A stretch of DNA of 63,454 nucleotides, counting the filler, from Licmophora abbreviata (taxonomy: Eukaryota): NCBI GenBank assembly GCA_900291995.1. It is 14 parts of 14 records of this genome, joined end to end, with 100 filler letters (N's around TTAATTAATTAA, not from the genome) between each part and the next. Parts side by side here need not be neighbours in the genome. Positions count along the whole stretch, not along the records: positions 57,124 to 63,454 come from OLMU01005914.1; 13 more parts are not named here. The stretch is one strand, 5' to 3'. Both the position numbers and the translations under genes were made by a program. The notes below the pieces were generated by a model, which saw only the letters and a program-made list of their open reading frames with translations, did not search any database and was not told the origin of the DNA. Positions 60,893 through 63,454 of this stretch are shown here, piece by piece. The first letter of the stretch is position 1. Each line of letters begins with the position of its first letter.

Positions 60893-63034
60893 TTACTTCT
60901 GAGTCTTGTCGACAGTAGAGATCGTCTGCCATGTGCATTGAATACCCTGTCCCTCCAGCCGGTCGCCCAAATATGATCGCTTATGTTGCTTAGTTCCAGC
61001 GTCGATCCAATCGAGATAGTGAATGTTGATCACTTTCCATCCGAGTTTCTTGAGGAAGCGACGCTTGGCTTGAGTCGGACCATTTTCTTGCCTCATCACC
61101 GTCCCTGTCTGTAGCGCTCGCAGAAAATGCGTAGGCCCGTCGAACTCAATCGCCACCATATGATGTTGAGAGGCGACATCAATAGACAGCATATCCTTGA
61201 GAAGATCCTTTGTACCAGACAAAGGCGGAAGCTCAACCTCGTGGTCGAAGCCTAGCTCATTGAGCAGAAGTGATACTTCCCTCTGAGATGTGGAGCTGCG
61301 AGCGTCGCCTGAGACGACACGCTGCATCCTTCTTAGTAGTGATTCCGGTGGTCTCGTTAGTCCGATACCGTCCACCATCGCAAATGAAAAGACCAAGGCG
61401 AGTTGGCGTAAATCTTCCACTGAAAACGCATCTGGGTCTTGGGTCATGACACTTTTCCATAGTAGAGACAGCGTACTCTGATGTTTCTGACCAAGGTCCA
61501 ACACGACCAAGGCGTAGCAAATGCTCGCAATATCCTGCGGGATCCCTTTCTCAGTCAGCTTACTGGCTCGCTTCTTGATCTCAGTGAATAACTTCGGAGA
61601 CTCGATGCCAAGTTTCGCGCAAGCCCACGCAGTGTTCGCGATGTTTCGTGGCTTCCCAGTCTCCACCAACTCAACCGAGCGTTGTTCGATTGCGGCGAAG
61701 AGTTTTGGCAGCCTTACCCCTTGAATGGCACAGGCCCAAGCCATGGCTTCGATGTTTTGTGGGTTCCCCGTTATCACCAGCTTGCTGGCATGCTTGTCAA
61801 TCTGGGCGAAGAGTCTGGGTGCTTGAACGCCAAGCGTAGAGAAAGCCCATGCAGTGTTCGCTATCTCTTGCGGTTTGCCTGTCTCTACAAGCGTTTCAGC
61901 TCGTTTTTCAATCTCGGTAAAAAGCTTCGGCGCCCGGGTGCCAATGGTCGCAAAGGCCAGAGCAATATTCGAAATGTCTTGCGGTACGCTTTTCGCCACC
62001 AGCTCGACAGCAAACTTCTCCGCATGTTTCAGAATTCGTTTCGCATTTGCCGTGCTCAATCCCATCTTTCCAAGAGCATGCACTATGTTTGATATTCCAC
62101 GTGCACCCATCCACTTGATACCTTTGCTCTCAAGTAAGCCAGCGATCTCGTCGAGAAGCGCGACAAATGACGGATCTGAATGATCGACATCACGTAACTT
62201 CCCTAACTGATTCATCATGGTCGCGTAATTTACATTGTCGAACTCGTCTCTCTCCCTTTCGTGAAAAAGAAGAATACCCTTCCAGTCGTGACGGCTCCCA
62301 AGTTCTAGGATCTGCCTATTCCGCCTGATGCTCCCCTTCACCGAAAGTGTCCTGCTCTTGTAGTTTCGAACACCCACATTCGAAGTCGATGTTTTGCTCT
62401 TGGTCTGATGGCACATCGCACGAGGCGAGCGATGAGTCGCCTTGCTATTCTGAGTGGCTTGGGGAATATTTTCCAAATCGACAGTCTGGGGAATACCACC
62501 CTCCGATATTTGGTTCTTTGCATGCGTCAGAATAAGTTTCGCACTTTCGGTTCTCAATCCCATCTTGCGAACTGCATGCACTATATTTTCGGTTCCACGT
62601 ATACCCATCCACTGCAGCCCCCTGTGCTCGAGAACGGTCGAGACTTCACCCAGAAAGGCTATCAGTATGGGATCGTCATGGTTGATACCCCGGATTTTTC
62701 CAAGCTGACTCATCGTTGTTGCAAAGTTGATATTGTCAAACTCGCCTTCTTTCGTTTTATCATATAGCTTGAGAATGCCCCTCCAGTCTTGACGATTCCC
62801 CAGCTCTAGGATCTGTCTGTTGCGACTGATTGCTCCCTCGTCAGCCAAAACTCTGAAGTCGCTGGTGGTCCTTCCATCTTCGGTACCTTGTCTCACAGTC
62901 GAGCGTTTTTTCTCCGCCCGTTTCTTTCCAGCGGCAGAGGTGGAACCTGCACTGCCGCTCCACGAACCACGACGCTTGCAACGAGCTGTCGTCTTGCTGC
63001 TTTCATTTTGAGTACGAATCTTGGTCGAAGGCAT
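60893..63034 (-). CDS. RAP-domain helical-repeat RNA-binding protein (FASTK/OPR-like)
   Basis: ~38-aa repeats PQ.IAN.AWA.A; C-terminal IDVA...VAIEFDGPTHF...T..KRRFL..LGW.VI.I.Y.DW. Confidence 0.88.
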   Translation of the reverse strand: MPSTKIRTQNESSKTTARCKRRGSWSGSAGSTSAAGKKRAEKKRSTVRQGTEDGRTTSDFRVLADEGAISRNRQILELGNRQDWRGILKLYDKTKEGEFDNINFATTMSQLGKIRGINHDDPILIAFLGEVSTVLEHRGLQWMGIRGTENIVHAVRKMGLRTESAKLILTHAKNQISEGGIPQTVDLENIPQATQNSKATHRSPRAMCHQTKSKTSTSNVGVRNYKSRTLSVKGSIRRNRQILELGSRHDWKGILLFHERERDEFDNVNYATMMNQLGKLRDVDHSDPSFVALLDEIAGLLESKGIKWMGARGISNIVHALGKMGLSTANAKRILKHAEKFAVELVAKSVPQDISNIALAFATIGTRAPKLFTEIEKRAETLVETGKPQEIANTAWAFSTLGVQAPRLFAQIDKHASKLVITGNPQNIEAMAWACAIQGVRLPKLFAAIEQRSVELVETGKPRNIANTAWACAKLGIESPKLFTEIKKRASKLTEKGIPQDIASICYALVVLDLGQKHQSTLSLLWKSVMTQDPDAFSVEDLRQLALVFSFAMVDGIGLTRPPESLLRRMQRVVSGDARSSTSQREVSLLLNELGFDHEVELPPLSGTKDLLKDMLSIDVASQHHMVAIEFDGPTHFLRALQTGTVMRQENGPTQAKRRFLKKLGWKVINIHYLDWIDAGTKQHKRSYLGDRLEGQGIQCTWQTISTVDKTQK

Positions 63035-63454
63035 TTTTGACTAGGGAGAGGCTCGTGTGAAGTCTGCTACAACATTGACTGCGATATGTGTTCTCTCGTC
63101 GTCAAGTCTGTGGAGAGTCTCCGGCATTCACGCGTGATTCGTGAATCGAATCGCTATGATACATGATGGATCGTGCTTCGAGATGCCATCCGGATCAATC
63201 TCGAGCGTGACTGCATAAAAAGAGTCGAGTAAGTCGATTTGAGTCACAGAGTGCACCAGCTTTGTAATTCGCTTTTCACTCGGTCGAAGCAAATAGTGGT
63301 TCTACTGGATACTACAATGCCAGTAGGGAGAAGAATTTAGTCGGGCAGTCGGTAATTTTAATCTGAACGAAGCAGAGGCGAAGAAGTGCTTGAATCAAAA
63401 TGTTGCCATACGGGAGAAAGATGCTACCGGGTTGACTCTCGGGCTTTATCAAGG

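Overview
This is gene-dense, intron-containing eukaryotic nuclear DNA, most likely from a diatom. The evidence is bipartite ASAFAP-type plastid presequences, an ER '-DEL' retention signal and short GT-AG introns. The window is a scaffold of 14 contigs joined by 13 artificial 100-bp N/TTAATTAATTAA/N linkers; two joins have overlapping ends, so the local order is at least partly real. Recognisable genes: PI4-kinase beta, a RID/DNMT4-like C5 DNA methyltransferase, ER HSP70-family HYOU1, two BTB-discoidin paralogs, a COPI-associated/EF-hand protein, DUF1415, SPO11-3/TOP6A, plastid rubredoxin, a Sec6-like protein, a Sec14 protein, two flavin amine oxidases, a TTL-family ligase, acyl-ACP desaturase, organellar DNA polymerase (POP), a methyltransferase, Fd-GOGAT and a RAP-domain protein. 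Four things stand out. (1) A duplicated, intronless gene fuses an NLS, SIM-like motifs and a Cys/His metal-binding cluster to a full-length but highly divergent PCNA fold lacking the K164 equivalent. (2) An uninterrupted reading frame of more than 2,200 aa, split only by an assembly linker, strings together several glycosyltransferase-like modules. (3) A protein carries tandem bacterial-type lamin-tail-like repeats. (4) The POP polymerase has two SAP domains inserted. All family assignments come from motif recognition by eye; no database searches were run.
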